Source of the DNA: Orbicella franksi
Taxonomy: Eukaryota
NCBI GenBank assembly: GCA_964199315.1
Contig: OZ116706.1
Span: forward strand, 7,316,001 to 7,380,000
Reading direction: 5' to 3'
DNA length: 64,000 bases
The position numbers and the translations under genes are program-made. Positions within the stretch are counted from its first letter, which is position 1. Every line of letters begins with the position of its first letter. Under the pieces are notes generated by a model that was not told the origin of the DNA, ran no database searches, and saw only the letters and a list, made by a program, of their open reading frames with translations. This document shows, one piece after another, positions 36,301 through 48,906 of the stretch.

Positions 36301-37339
36301 CTGTCAGTGTGACGGTGCCTGGTGGTTGCCGCTCTCAGGGTTGCCAATGGATACCTGCATGCTCTGTTCGAGGCTCATATGTCGGCTCCACCATCCCTAA
36401 GGCACCTTTCCCAAGCTCATCAGTTGGCGATGAGTTTAAATATGGATTTATTGTATTATTCTGATAATGTCATTTTAATGTATTTGGGGTAATCTCTAGA
36501 AAAGTTACAGTGAGCAAAATATTATCATGAACAAGTAATTACTAAGAATATTGATAATGTAGAGCAGCTCTCACTTGGCTATTGAAAAGTAATTGGTTTT
36601 GCATTACTACCTGTACACACCACTTTTTCACCCAATCATAAGTAAAACCAAAAGCTATCGTGGCTCAATCTCGCATGTTTTTCATGCTTCACATCAGCTA
36701 CATGTATTTAATACAAGTTTTGACTGGGTCATTGGATTGTCTGCCACCTTTGTGATTGGCCAGAGTGATAACTTTGGTTTTGGTTTTATGACACCCAGTT
36801 GAAAATTGTTCCAAATTACAGAATACAATAAAAGACCAAAAGTAATGTTTCAGTTCTCTGTTTTATCTACAGCTTGAGGAGATGGTCAATAAAAAATCAT
36901 CAGCAAAATCCATGGTGAGAAAAAAAAAGACCTGCATATAACTGTCATTCTTGATCAACCAATTCTCAATTTTTGCGCCGAAGATTCCTTTGTAAATCAG
37001 TTGGTTTTTTCGTATTTATTTCAGGCCTTGCGAAAAAGTGAAAAGGAAAACGGCGATTGCCGCAACAATACCACACTAAAAATGCACTTCTTTGGCTCCA
37101 GAGGAACTGGTCAACTAACTTTCAGCCAATTCTCCAAGTATGTAACTTATTAGTCTTGAGACAAGCCATTAAGTGTTGAAAATACGTGTTCATTAAAGTT
37201 ACATGTACATGAAACAGAAATTATCTAATAGTCTCTGCGTGCATTGCAGACCTATGATTACTCCACAATGTTGTTTTCCAATGGTAATTCTTCACTAAAA
37301 ACTACAACAACAACAACAATAATAATGATGATGATGATC

Positions 37340-37374
<35 letters not shown>

Positions 37375-40300
37375 GATAATAGTTAATGTTTATAACATGC
37401 AGACTTCTACAGTATGTACATGTACGTGCAATGCTCATCATTTGTTGAGAACTTTACTGGGCAGAGGTTGTACAGAGGACATGACTATCAACAGAAACTT
37501 TGTTTTACTTTCTGTTCTTACACTGTAGATTCATCCATAATCAGATTTTCCTTTGCTATAATATAAGCCATTATTAAAATGCAAGACCGGGTTGTGAAGT
37601 GAGCAATGTTCATTACTTTTCAAAGTACGCATCGTTAATCTATTTTTTATTTTTTCTTGCATACACAGGTTCATGCAAGATTTTCAGTTGGAAGTCTTTG
37701 AAATGGAGATATCCTTTACATAAAAAAACATCCATGGCAGTTGAGCTGTGAGAAGACAGATACTGTCCCTTCTAGTATTGTCTTTGTAAGAAATTGAAAA
37801 CATCATTTTCTCAAACAAGACAATCAAATGATTTTATATTACTGATACTAGAGTTTTTGAAAAAGAACAACAAGTATAAACCATAGGCCAAATGTTGGCT
37901 AGGTTTAACCTTAAAAAAGGCAAGCTGGAGGTGAAATTAGATTTTCTTAACTCAGCCCACTTTATGGAATATTCAAGAGGAATGCCGACCATCCCAGAAG
38001 ACAGTTTTGGTCGTTTGTTGTTGAGAAACACTTCGCTGGAGGAGGAAGAAATCCAAAAATACTTAGACAGACTTTGTAGCCGACTTAGGCAAAGAAAGGT
38101 GAGAGCCTCTAGTTCAATTGTTTGGGGTAAAAATGCTGAATTATATGAATACAGGCGCTGTGGTTGTATGTATAAAAGTTGTTATACAATGTTTGCGAGT
38201 TACTTGCCGGATGCAGAATATGGCTACATATGTAAGTACGGTAACCACGGTGCCACTTAGGAAATGAAACAGATCAAATTTTGCGGAGCAGAAGAAAATA
38301 TGGCCTTAATTCTAAGTTGCCATGTTTTATCACACTAAAAGGACGCTGTAAAAGCTGGTCAGCGTAATCAACTGAAGCTGGAATTCCTTGCTTCTGCTTT
38401 GTGGACTTGTTGTCTAATAGACAGATCAGACAGCAAAGACGCCCTGATTAAAGCATGTGGTCGTGTTTCGAGCGCTGTCATACAAAAGAAGGCTGTCTTT
38501 TCAAGTGGTCAATAGTCTTGAGCTATAAGGTTTTCCTGCATTTACATTTTGCATTTTTACATACGTTTTTGTAGGGCATTACTCTGGAGCAGTTTCTTAG
38601 TTTTGGGATGTTCCTCAACAATTTGGAAGACTTCGCTTTGGCCATGAGAATCTACTCCATTGCCGGACAAGCCGTTACTGAAGGTACAGTAGCCTACACC
38701 GTGTTTTCCCGCGTTCAATATGCAAACTCGTGTTGTATCAAATAGCCTGTTCCAGGCTCTCACGCTGTCAGTGGAGACGATCGAAAAAGCGGGCGGGCGA
38801 AATTTGTTCACTGGTTTATCTCCAACCGAAACAGATTTTAAGAAAAGGAATTTTAGGCAGAAGTAAGAGTGGTATTTACATGTCTGTTAATGGAGGACTT
38901 CACTGACATTTCTTGCCGTAAGGTAGCTTGAACTTCCTGAAGGTCTGTACAGCTGTTTTGATCAATCGGTTTACGTCAGAGATCAACCAGCGTTACTTTC
39001 GGAAAGAAAGCTAACGGTAAATTAGGGAAAATCTTATTCAAAGTATCTATTTAGCCAATCAAATCATCTGTCCCCAGAGCTATATTTTCCTGGTGCCAAG
39101 CCCCCTCCGGCTACGGACGACAGGTGGTTTGGGGAGCGAGAATAGGCTGGTGTAAGAGACGATGGTTGCTGTTTAGAACGCAGGAAACAGTTTGATTTTA
39201 AACAATAGAAACGAGAAGTCTGGAGTATTTTCTCGCGTAATTGTCGACCAATAATTTCCCTTAGAAATTTCCGTAAAACAGAGAAAGCTACATGTATCAC
39301 ACAAGCCCTCAAGGTAACATTTTTTCCTCTCTAAACAGCAAACTTCCTTGCGTAATTATCTGTTAAAATTAGCTCAGTCTCACTTCATGTTTGAATGTTA
39401 ATTTGCCGAGTGCCGTTTCCGCTGTGTCAAGTTTAATTTGCGGAAATTGAGTGAGGATAAATTTTGCCACCCGATTAACGAAAATAAAAATTACATATAC
39501 GGCTTAATTATTTATGATTTTTTGTTGTTGCGCTTATGAATTATGACCCCCTGAAATCAAGCGATTTTTCTTCTTAATTAACTTCATAGTTTCCTGTGGC
39601 TCGTATTGTTTAAGAAGTTATTCCCCAGTTTTATAACTTGAATTTAATGGTTGTGCGTCTTTTAGCGTGTGTACTGAACGATTTGGAGGACACCATCTTC
39701 AGTTTTTCGGCCTATGATACATTTCTATGAAAGAATGTTGAATACGCTGGTCTGACGTAATAAGAGCTTGAAACTGTTAAAGCATATATTGAGTATTTTA
39801 ATGTTTTACAACCCTGGAATGACTAATGCTTGTCACTAAATATTACCGAATGAATATCGACCCGAAAATACCGTCATGGAGAGATAGAATTCTTCAGTAT
39901 AAGCAAAGAATAATTGTCCTTAAGTATTTCGTTACAGTCCCCGTTATTATAAAATAGATTTCAACCTCTTCAGAGTGAGTCTTAGACATAATTTTGATAT
40001 TATATTCTTTCGACTTTTTTTTTGCGTAGATAATTCTAAAGAGGGGGACGAAAATAACAAACTGTTGTGTCCTCCGTTAGTTGAGTCTTTTTCTATTAAA
40101 ATGATGATTCTCTGTAAAGATCTCGCCGATATATAAACAAGAACTGGACTACTTTTTGTCATGGTCTAAAGGCTTTCTTCCTTTTCGTTCAAACCAAGGA
40201 TAGCGTTAACGTTTTGAATATTTATTTTAAAATGCCCTGGGGCGGACATGCATTAATTACACTGTTTCATAGATAACACTAGTGCAGTACGTTCAAAATT

Positions 40301-43300
40301 GCTTTTAACTAAACAAGGTAAAAATATATTCCAGAGACCAGTTTTAACTCCGCTTCGTCAAGGATGAGTGACTGCTTTCGATTTATTTTTAATTTTAAAG
40401 AATTTGTTACCACAAAAGTGTGTGTTTACACTATTCCAATATTGTGATATTAAAAAGATTTCTATCCACAATTGTATATTTGCAGCGAGCAAATAGACCA
40501 CATTGAAAAGGAAACATAAAAACACTAAAGCAAACGAAAGAAGAAGTTGTCAGTCAATTATTTTGGAGAAAGGTTATGTCTAAAACATTTTTTCGTGAAT
40601 TAAAATTGAACTGTGTTTAACCGCAGTAGCCGAAAACTGCGAAGGAAATTAAGCAAGTGATGTAGAAATTATAAGAGAATTACTGTAGTAAGCAAGAAAA
40701 TTACACATTCTGCCAAAGAGTACTAACATTTGGCGCGTATATTAACTCTGAAATGTAATGCAGGAGATATATAATGCATTTAGAACTTTTTTGGGGAAAG
40801 AAAAATGAAGACCGACAAACATTGTTTGTTCTTTTATGTTGTTGTCTCTATTTCACTTTGAAGTAGACTGTATTTCAGTTTTCACTTTGACAGCTTTGAA
40901 CCGTAAAAGAACGAACGAGATCTACTTCGTTGTGCCTTCTCCAGAAAGTTAACAGTCTCAAGAACTCCGCTCTGAAGGCTCTGTTCATGACGCCATATAT
41001 GACAGGGTTAATGGAACAACTGCCAAAACCGAGGTATATGTATAACAGAAAGATCTGTCTTGGTATAGCGAGCTGGTGTCTGCTGTAGGAATCAACTAAG
41101 TCAATAACAGCTATAGGTCCCCAGCAAATAATAAAGCCTAGCACAGCTGCAAATAGTGATTTTGTTATCTTAACTTCTTCCACGTTTAAGCGAAGAATCG
41201 ATCCTTGTCTTGTGTTGTTCATGCCTCGATTGTGTTGTTTGATGTTTTTGAAAATCTTGTAATAAGTGAACGAAATGATTCCGATGGGAATAGCGATGTA
41301 AAACACATCTAAATATACGATGTAACCCATGTCCAGTTCTGGGGATTTGAAGTTCATAAAACAGATTACTTTACCGTAATGTACGATAAATGTCGCCCAT
41401 TGAGCCATCGATGAAAGCCCCGCACCAAGAGCAGCGAAAAGTGTAATAACAACGACGGAAAGAAGAGTAGATTTGACTTTGAAATGCTTACGGTAAAGAT
41501 TTGGTTTCACCACGCGAAAATATCGGTTCACTGCTGTTGCAGTCATGAGTAGCAAGGAGTAGAGCGCAAAGAAGAAACAAAAAAATCCCTGGAAATGGCA
41601 GACAGCGCCGCTGAATGGCCAGTGGCCTGTAACGAGAAGAACTCCAGACATAGGCATGCACAGGACCGCCATGAGAGCATCTGATATGGCTAACGTCACT
41701 ACATAGATGTTTGGTAAAGTACGAAGTCTTTGGTTACGGTATACAGCCCAGCAAACCATCACGTTACCAGTGAAGGCCAGAAAGTTGATGATCATCATTA
41801 AACCACTTTCCAACACAAGTAAACCATCTTTGCGTTCCTGCAGCTCTCGAAAAAGATTTTCCTGCCCTTCCGCTGACATTTTGATTTGAAAAGCTTTCAG
41901 TGTCAGCGAACGCAATAATCGCTTCCCTGTCACCCCTATTTGCGCAGATTGTGTTGATGTCGATTTGGTTCAATTTAACCTTTGTTACGCGTATTCCATT
42001 CAGCGCGAGTAATTTCTCGTAATCAAGAGCTGCTAGATCTCGCAGAGAGTTATAAAACAATAATTTGAAACCAAGGGAACCACCTTTTTCTATTTTTGGA
42101 TGGCAATTTTGCATGTTTGATTTTTGCTGAGCAGGTGTGCGCTGGGGTAAATTACTCTCATTTGAATGACCAAAGTTGCTTATTTCCGCATTTCGTATCG
42201 GTACACAAAGTGAAAGCATATATTTTTTTGCAAATTATTTTTTGCAAAGCGTTTGCTATTGTCAGAGTATGTTCTTTTTGCTCTGTGAAATGAATGAAAA
42301 CATGAAACAAAACTATTCGCCGCTCACACATCAAACCGCTTTGTTAATCACTAGTGTCATTACAGACACCTCGAACTCATGTTTCTAGTAATTAAGATGA
42401 TGACAATTTTCAAAACAAAAAACGAAATTAAATTCCCTTTGTATGACAAACCCAGGTGATTCAAGTATCGTGGACTTATATATGTTTGTTTGTCCGGCGC
42501 TCGTGACATGATCAACATTGTACTTCTTTCTCATTTCACTACAGAGTTTAAAATCTACCATCTTTCTTAATTTATCACCATGGAGGCAGTGTGGCCGAGA
42601 GGTTAGGGCGCCGGGTTTGAAATCCGGAGGTCGCGGGTTCAAGTCCCGCTCTGACCACTTAGCTGGAGTTGTTTCTCTGTAGACTCTAGTTCAATTCCTT
42701 GGTCATGCTTGTAAATAACCAACTGGTCTGCCACCCGCCAGTTGAGCCTTTTAAGCCTATTGTGTTTAGTTGAACTAGCTAGGTGAAGCTAAGCGCATTG
42801 ACCACTAAAAACAACAACATTTGAACATTTGAGTAGTGCTTCTTCGATATTGCTGATCCCAACGGCATGCAGGACGCGTGTCGCATATGAACCTAGCAAA
42901 TGCCCTAGGCACGAGTCTCTCTGTCGCTAGCTCAGAGGGGAAAGCGCCCGCACGGTGCAGTCTGGGAGGTCATGGGTTTGAATCTTATGGGGTGCCCAGA
43001 CTTTGCTACATGCTCGTGACGTGATGAATATTATATCGTTTTAGATAGCCTAACAAACCAGCTTACACATCATGTAGCTATTTTACTTTTGTGTTTGGGA
43101 ACTGACGTCCCAAGTTTGTTACGACTCATTCAGTTCATTTTACTTTGTTGTATATGTCTTTACTGTGAGTACTTGATACTTTAGTTTGATACTAATGACC
43201 ATTGTTAAAACTATGTACTGACGAAACCGAACTATGAAACCAGTTTGATGCAAGAAAAGGCCAAGAACTTACTGCAGCATTTACCGACCATCGTGAACGA

Positions 43301-46300
43301 TTTGGAGGCCTCACTGTCGCGGGTACGTTACCGCACGGCCTAATCAAGAGATCTTGTGACTAGAAGATGTCTTTTCTTACTATGCTGCGGCTTCAGAGAT
43401 CTTTTGCTCATCTTCGGCTATCCTTGAATGTCTTCGAGTTATCTACGGAATCTTCGGAAACCCTCGGGTAATTTTCGGAAATCCTCGTGGGACTAATGAT
43501 ACCTGTCCTTCACGAACGAAAACCTACGACACATTCTCTCTGACTATCTCACTAAGATAAGACTGGATTGAATGTTACGAAATCTCGCTCGTAATGAAAA
43601 TTACTCCCGCGGGAAATTGGTATCGATAAAAGAAGCCGAAGTAGAACGATAAAGTCCTTTATCCAAGTTTAGCGGAAGCAGTGATTCCCTATTACATTTT
43701 TCAACTCTCTTATCGGATTATGCTTCAAAGTCAAATACGGCTTCCAAATTACTCGACTGCGCGGCCAAATTGGGAAGTCTAGAAAGGGCCTATACTTACT
43801 ACGGTGAGTAATCCTAGAAAGTTTTCACGTCTTCTATGAAATATTCGGAAGTCCTCGGGTAATTTTCGGAAATCCTCGGAGTAATGATATCTGCCCTTCT
43901 GGAACAAAATATAATGACACATTCTCTCTGACTAAATCAATAGGATATGACTGAACTACGAAATCTCGCTAGTGAAAATTACTCCCGCGGGGAATTGGCA
44001 TAAAAGAAGCCGAAGGAAAACGAACCACTCCTTTATCCATGTTTAGCGGAAGCAATGATTTCGTAATGCATTTGTCTATTCTCTTATCGGCTTCATGCTT
44101 TTAGTCAACATCTTAGTGTAGGCTCATTTCGTCTAAAAAGTCACGTTTCTCATCTTACAGATAAGTGCTGTCCTCTTCAGTCAATTAGTTTGACTTTCTT
44201 TCCTTCATTCCTTTTGTGAGGGTTTGACGGCGTTGATGTCTTGTAGAACTTTCAGTTTCCTTTTGACTTTTTGCTAAGTTATATATACATTTGAAAGTGT
44301 AACAAATGTTGATCGGAATCTAACAAATAAATAAGAACACGGATTACTTGATACGAGAATTCCGGCTTGATTTTAGTTGCAATGAAACGTTACCACATAT
44401 CTCTCCAAAATGTGTGTTCAATATCACACTCTAACACACTTTTCGGAGTCTTGAGTTTTATCCCGATTTTTTTGAGTGAAAATTAAAGTAGAACTGAATT
44501 TAGGAGTGAGCGGGTGACGGAAAAAAATATAATGTAATTTCGTTTGTGATTGATACGTAAATCTCTAACGGCTGGGGCACCGACATGTTCCGTTGTTACG
44601 CCAGTATGTCAAATTAAAAAGCTTACATCCATTCTGAATACGAGAATTCAATGAGCTATGTGAGAGAGTGTTATATATGACATTTACGTGACAAGCATTT
44701 AATTTGCCTCAACTCTAAGTCAATAAAAGCTAATATCAATGACAGTTATTGTTCCGTTGTGCCATAGCATTGTAAACAATGGCCAGCGCCCTGGTTTGTG
44801 TTTGATTTTTGTACATGCTAAAGTAACTTTAAGAATTTCCGAATCTTAATTATCGAAATGTTCCAAGTTGACATTCAAAGGAACTATTCTGCCAAGTCAA
44901 ACAGGAAATGTGTCGACCTGTGGACGAAATTGACAGTGAAAGCAATTAAGAAAAAAGCTTCTAATTTCAAACTACTAAAATCACGTTTCTTATACTTAAT
45001 TATCATTAAGAATAAAGGGAAATACGTGTTGTTTCTCGCTTAAGGTCCCTTAATGATGAAAAAAATAGAAAGTACTCTACGTAATTTATTCAAATCGGGC
45101 TGTAGAATCAGGCTTTAAACATCGGTTACCTTCGCTTAAAGCCATTACTTCCCTCACGGTAAAATTGCAGACTATGAAACTAATTTCTTTCTGGTCAAAA
45201 TGGCAACAGCAGAACAAGAAATACTTTCTCGAGAGCTGCAGGAACGCGAAGATGGTTTGGTTGTGTTGGAAAGTGGTTTGATGATCATCATCAACTTTCT
45301 GGCCTTCACTGGTAACGTGATGGTTTGCTGGGCTGTATACCGTAACCAAAGACTTCGTACTTTACCAAACATCTATGTAGTGACCTTAGCCATATCAGAT
45401 GCTCTCATGGCGGTCCTGTGCATGCCTATGTCTGTAGTTCTTCTCGTTACAGGCCACTGGCCATTCGGCGAGGCTGTCTGCCATTTCCAGGGATTTTTTT
45501 GTTTCTTCTTTGCGCTCTACTCCTTGCTACTCATGACTGCAACCGCAGTGAACCGATATTTTCGCGTGGTGAAACCAAATCTTTACCGTAAGCATTTCAA
45601 AGTCAAATCTACTCTTCTTTCCGTCGTTGTTATCACACTTTTCGCTGCTCTCGGTGCGGGGCTTTCATCCATGGCTCAATGGGCGACATTTATTGTACAT
45701 TACGGCAAAGTTATCTGTTTTATGAACTTCAAATCCCCGGAACTTGACATGGGTTACATCGCATATTTAGATGTGTTTTACATCGCTATTCCTATCGGAA
45801 TCATTTCCTTCGCGTATTACAACATTTTCAAAACTATCAGAAAACACAATCAAGAGATGAACAACGCGAGAAGAGGCTCAATTCTTCCCTTGAACGTGGA
45901 AGAAGTGAAAATAACAAAGGTACTATTTGCATCTGTACTGGGCTTTATTCTTTGTTGGGGACCTATCGCCATTATTGACCAAGTTGATTCGTACACGGGG
46001 CAAAAAGTCGTTATTCCACGGCAGGTCTTCTTGCTGTACATATATCTCGGCTTTGGAAGTTGTTCCATTAACCCCTTCATATATGGCGTTATGAATAAAG
46101 CCTTCAGATCAGAGTTCGTGAAAGTGTTAACTTTGTGGAGAAAAAAGAACGAAGTTGTTCCTTTCGATCGGTCTTTTACACTTCAAACTAACCATTCAGC
46201 GGTAAACAACTGAGACAAGACGACACATGCGCACAAGTTGGGTGTAGACTTTCAGGCAAGAGACCTGACTTTAGGGGAAAACATTTCTTATCTTTTATGG

Positions 46301-48847
46301 TCGGGAAAAGTCAGGGAATTTAGCATCCTGGAAGCTAAATAAATGTTTTTTTTTTTCAAGACTTCGGGAAAACTCCAGTAATCTGAATTTTATCTTAACA
46401 TTGCCAAAATTAATTGTTATGAAAGTTCTTGAAAGTTGTTCCGTCTCCGTAGGCTGTCAATTTTGCTAGGAGCTGGTCATATTTAGAGTTCATAGTGGTA
46501 ATTAAAGAGACACCTTAAATCGATTTGCCTAGAGGCGCTAAAGCCTTCTCTTATAAATTCTTTTATTATACATTGAACTCACGATCTCTTTTCTGATAAG
46601 CCGAAAGCGTACAGTGAATTTTCGAAATCAGCGCCTGTGACGTCATCTAGCTACAGATTATACAATAATCATGTCAAGGACACTCAAGGTCACGGGTAAT
46701 CATGTTATGTATGACCGCGGTGCATGATTTCTGAGGGTAATCACGTCAAGTTCGCGCGCTTTGTGTTGCTTGCCGTCTGTGAAGAAGCAAAAACATGACT
46801 TCCATTTTGTTTAACGTTCAATGTATATCATAACACGATTATTAGATTCGGTTTTTTGTGATATCCAGAATAATCAAGGTCTCGGTAAGGGGTATCAGCC
46901 CTCTTATTATGGTTAGTGAAAATAAATTGTTACCTGGCCGGTTGTATTTTTTAATTTGTTTATTTACCAAAATGGAAAAAAAGTCAATGAAAATATTGTT
47001 TTTAATTCTTTACAGGTAGTACCTTGATCTTATATTTTCTGCTCAAGATTACCAACGTAGAAATAAAATTCTGTTGTTTGTATCTTCTCACATACATAGA
47101 GACTTGAAAAATACACGGAATTTATTGCTTCCTTTCTTTGTATGCTCGGAAAATATGCAATCAAATACCCATTATATACTAAGTCGAATTGTTCTCGGAT
47201 TTTAATTGGCTCTAAGTCTTACTGATCAGTTGAAGGACAGGCGCATAGATGCCGTCATAAACTTTTTTTGTGTCTTTATTATGTAAAAAAAAAATAGATT
47301 CCATGTTGCCATGTGTCTGATCAGTAATAGGGAACTGGAGCAAACCACGACGACGACGGCAACGAGAACGCTACCAAACAAAAGGTTTAATGAGCGAAAC
47401 AATAGCTGTGCACGTGCGTTTTAAATCTTTGTACATTTCTTTGCCGTCCTCTGCAAAACAAGAACGTGAAATGACCAAGTCCTGCGTAGTCCGAGGAACG
47501 CGAACGACGACGACTTACGCCACATTGGCGTACTGAACAGATCTAGACAATTGCGAATTTCGCTGGTAAGATATAAATTCATTTTTGACTTGGCGTCGTC
47601 TTCGGCGTCGCCGTCGTCGTCGTCGATGCTTATGTTCCCTTACAGATCACAGAAGACGTCAAAATGTGGTGAGAACATCAGTGACGCACTCGGCAATCGC
47701 CTCGTGTGCCACTTTTTTGTTCTTACCACATTTTGACTTCGTCTGTGATCTATTACTGAACAGACGTACGGCGACTTGGAACCTATTTGTTAAATTATGT
47801 CAAGTAAGGTCAGTGGATCTGTACGTTGTACAGACAAACACAGACACAGTCGCAAAAATAGGACTAACTTGTACATTAGTTATTCAGCCTTTTCTATATT
47901 ATAATAAATGAACTTGTCAAAAACAAATTTTATCTGCTAACGTTTTTTGCCGAAGAGGGCTTGCCGCTTCCTCCTACATACGAAACGCTATAATCCACCA
48001 AACCCGCGTCAGATAAATCAACTGATATATTTCTCCGGATCTCGACCAAACATATTTCAATGTAATCATTTCTCTCATTTTTCTACCGGATGGAGATTTC
48101 ATTTTAGGTATGCTTTGCAAATTGGAATGCGAATGTTTTCCTTTAATTATGACCGAATAAAACAAAATAAATGTCAGTGAAATAAAGAAAGTAATTACTG
48201 AACGTAGTTTCTTGTCAGCGACAGCATTTCGTCAATAAAAGCGAGTCAATGTTTTGAGAACTCATTTCCCAACAAGGATGTTTGGCTTAGGTCGGGATAA
48301 CGTTACAAGTCAATTTTGCATAATTATAACGGCAGACTTAGTTTCTGTTTTATCCTTAAGAAGTTTTAGTGCGGAACGTCTTTTCAAGGTCAAAAATTAC
48401 AAATAGAACCGTTAGCCCGCCAGCAAAAAAAGCCATAGGCAAGCACTTTGTGCATCTCGAAAAGTTTACCTAAAATTTTTCAAGTTCGTCGTTTGTAATC
48501 CGTGTCAATCTTCTCCATCATTAACCATCCTTGTTTCTTTGTGGTTTATTTTTTTCTCTTTAGTGTGCTTCTATCTAAAGGAACTATGATTTTCAGGTTT
48601 GCTTCAGATCAATTTATAGGCAATTGTATACGTGACCAAAATGACTCAAAATACCGTGACTTAGCTTCTTTAATTTACTTCTTGATAGCTCTCCTCGCTT
48701 CACCTCCTGTAACAGAACAAAGTACGTTTAGCAGACTCGATCTAGGGTAAGTGGCGACCGATTTCCGAAACAACGAGCGACGAAGGTTTGAGCTTTTAGA
48801 GGGGTCCGGGGCCATAAAATGTAAATGTAAATGTAAATCTTATTTAC

Positions 48848-48906
<59 letters not shown>

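Noticed and set aside
37244-37528. 94-aa ORF with poly-T/M/I runs
   Set aside because: It is the translation of a compound microsatellite in a MICU intron.
41880-42219. N-terminal extension of GPCR copy 1 and the overlapping 151-aa ORF (41764-42219)
   Set aside because: These use non-ATG starts from the ORF caller. The paralogues begin at the equivalent of Met 41879, and the 151-aa ORF has no recognisable motif.
43218-43246. CTGACGA...GAAACCAGTTT, a hammerhead-like motif
   Set aside because: There is no stem II pairing and stem I is only 2 bp.
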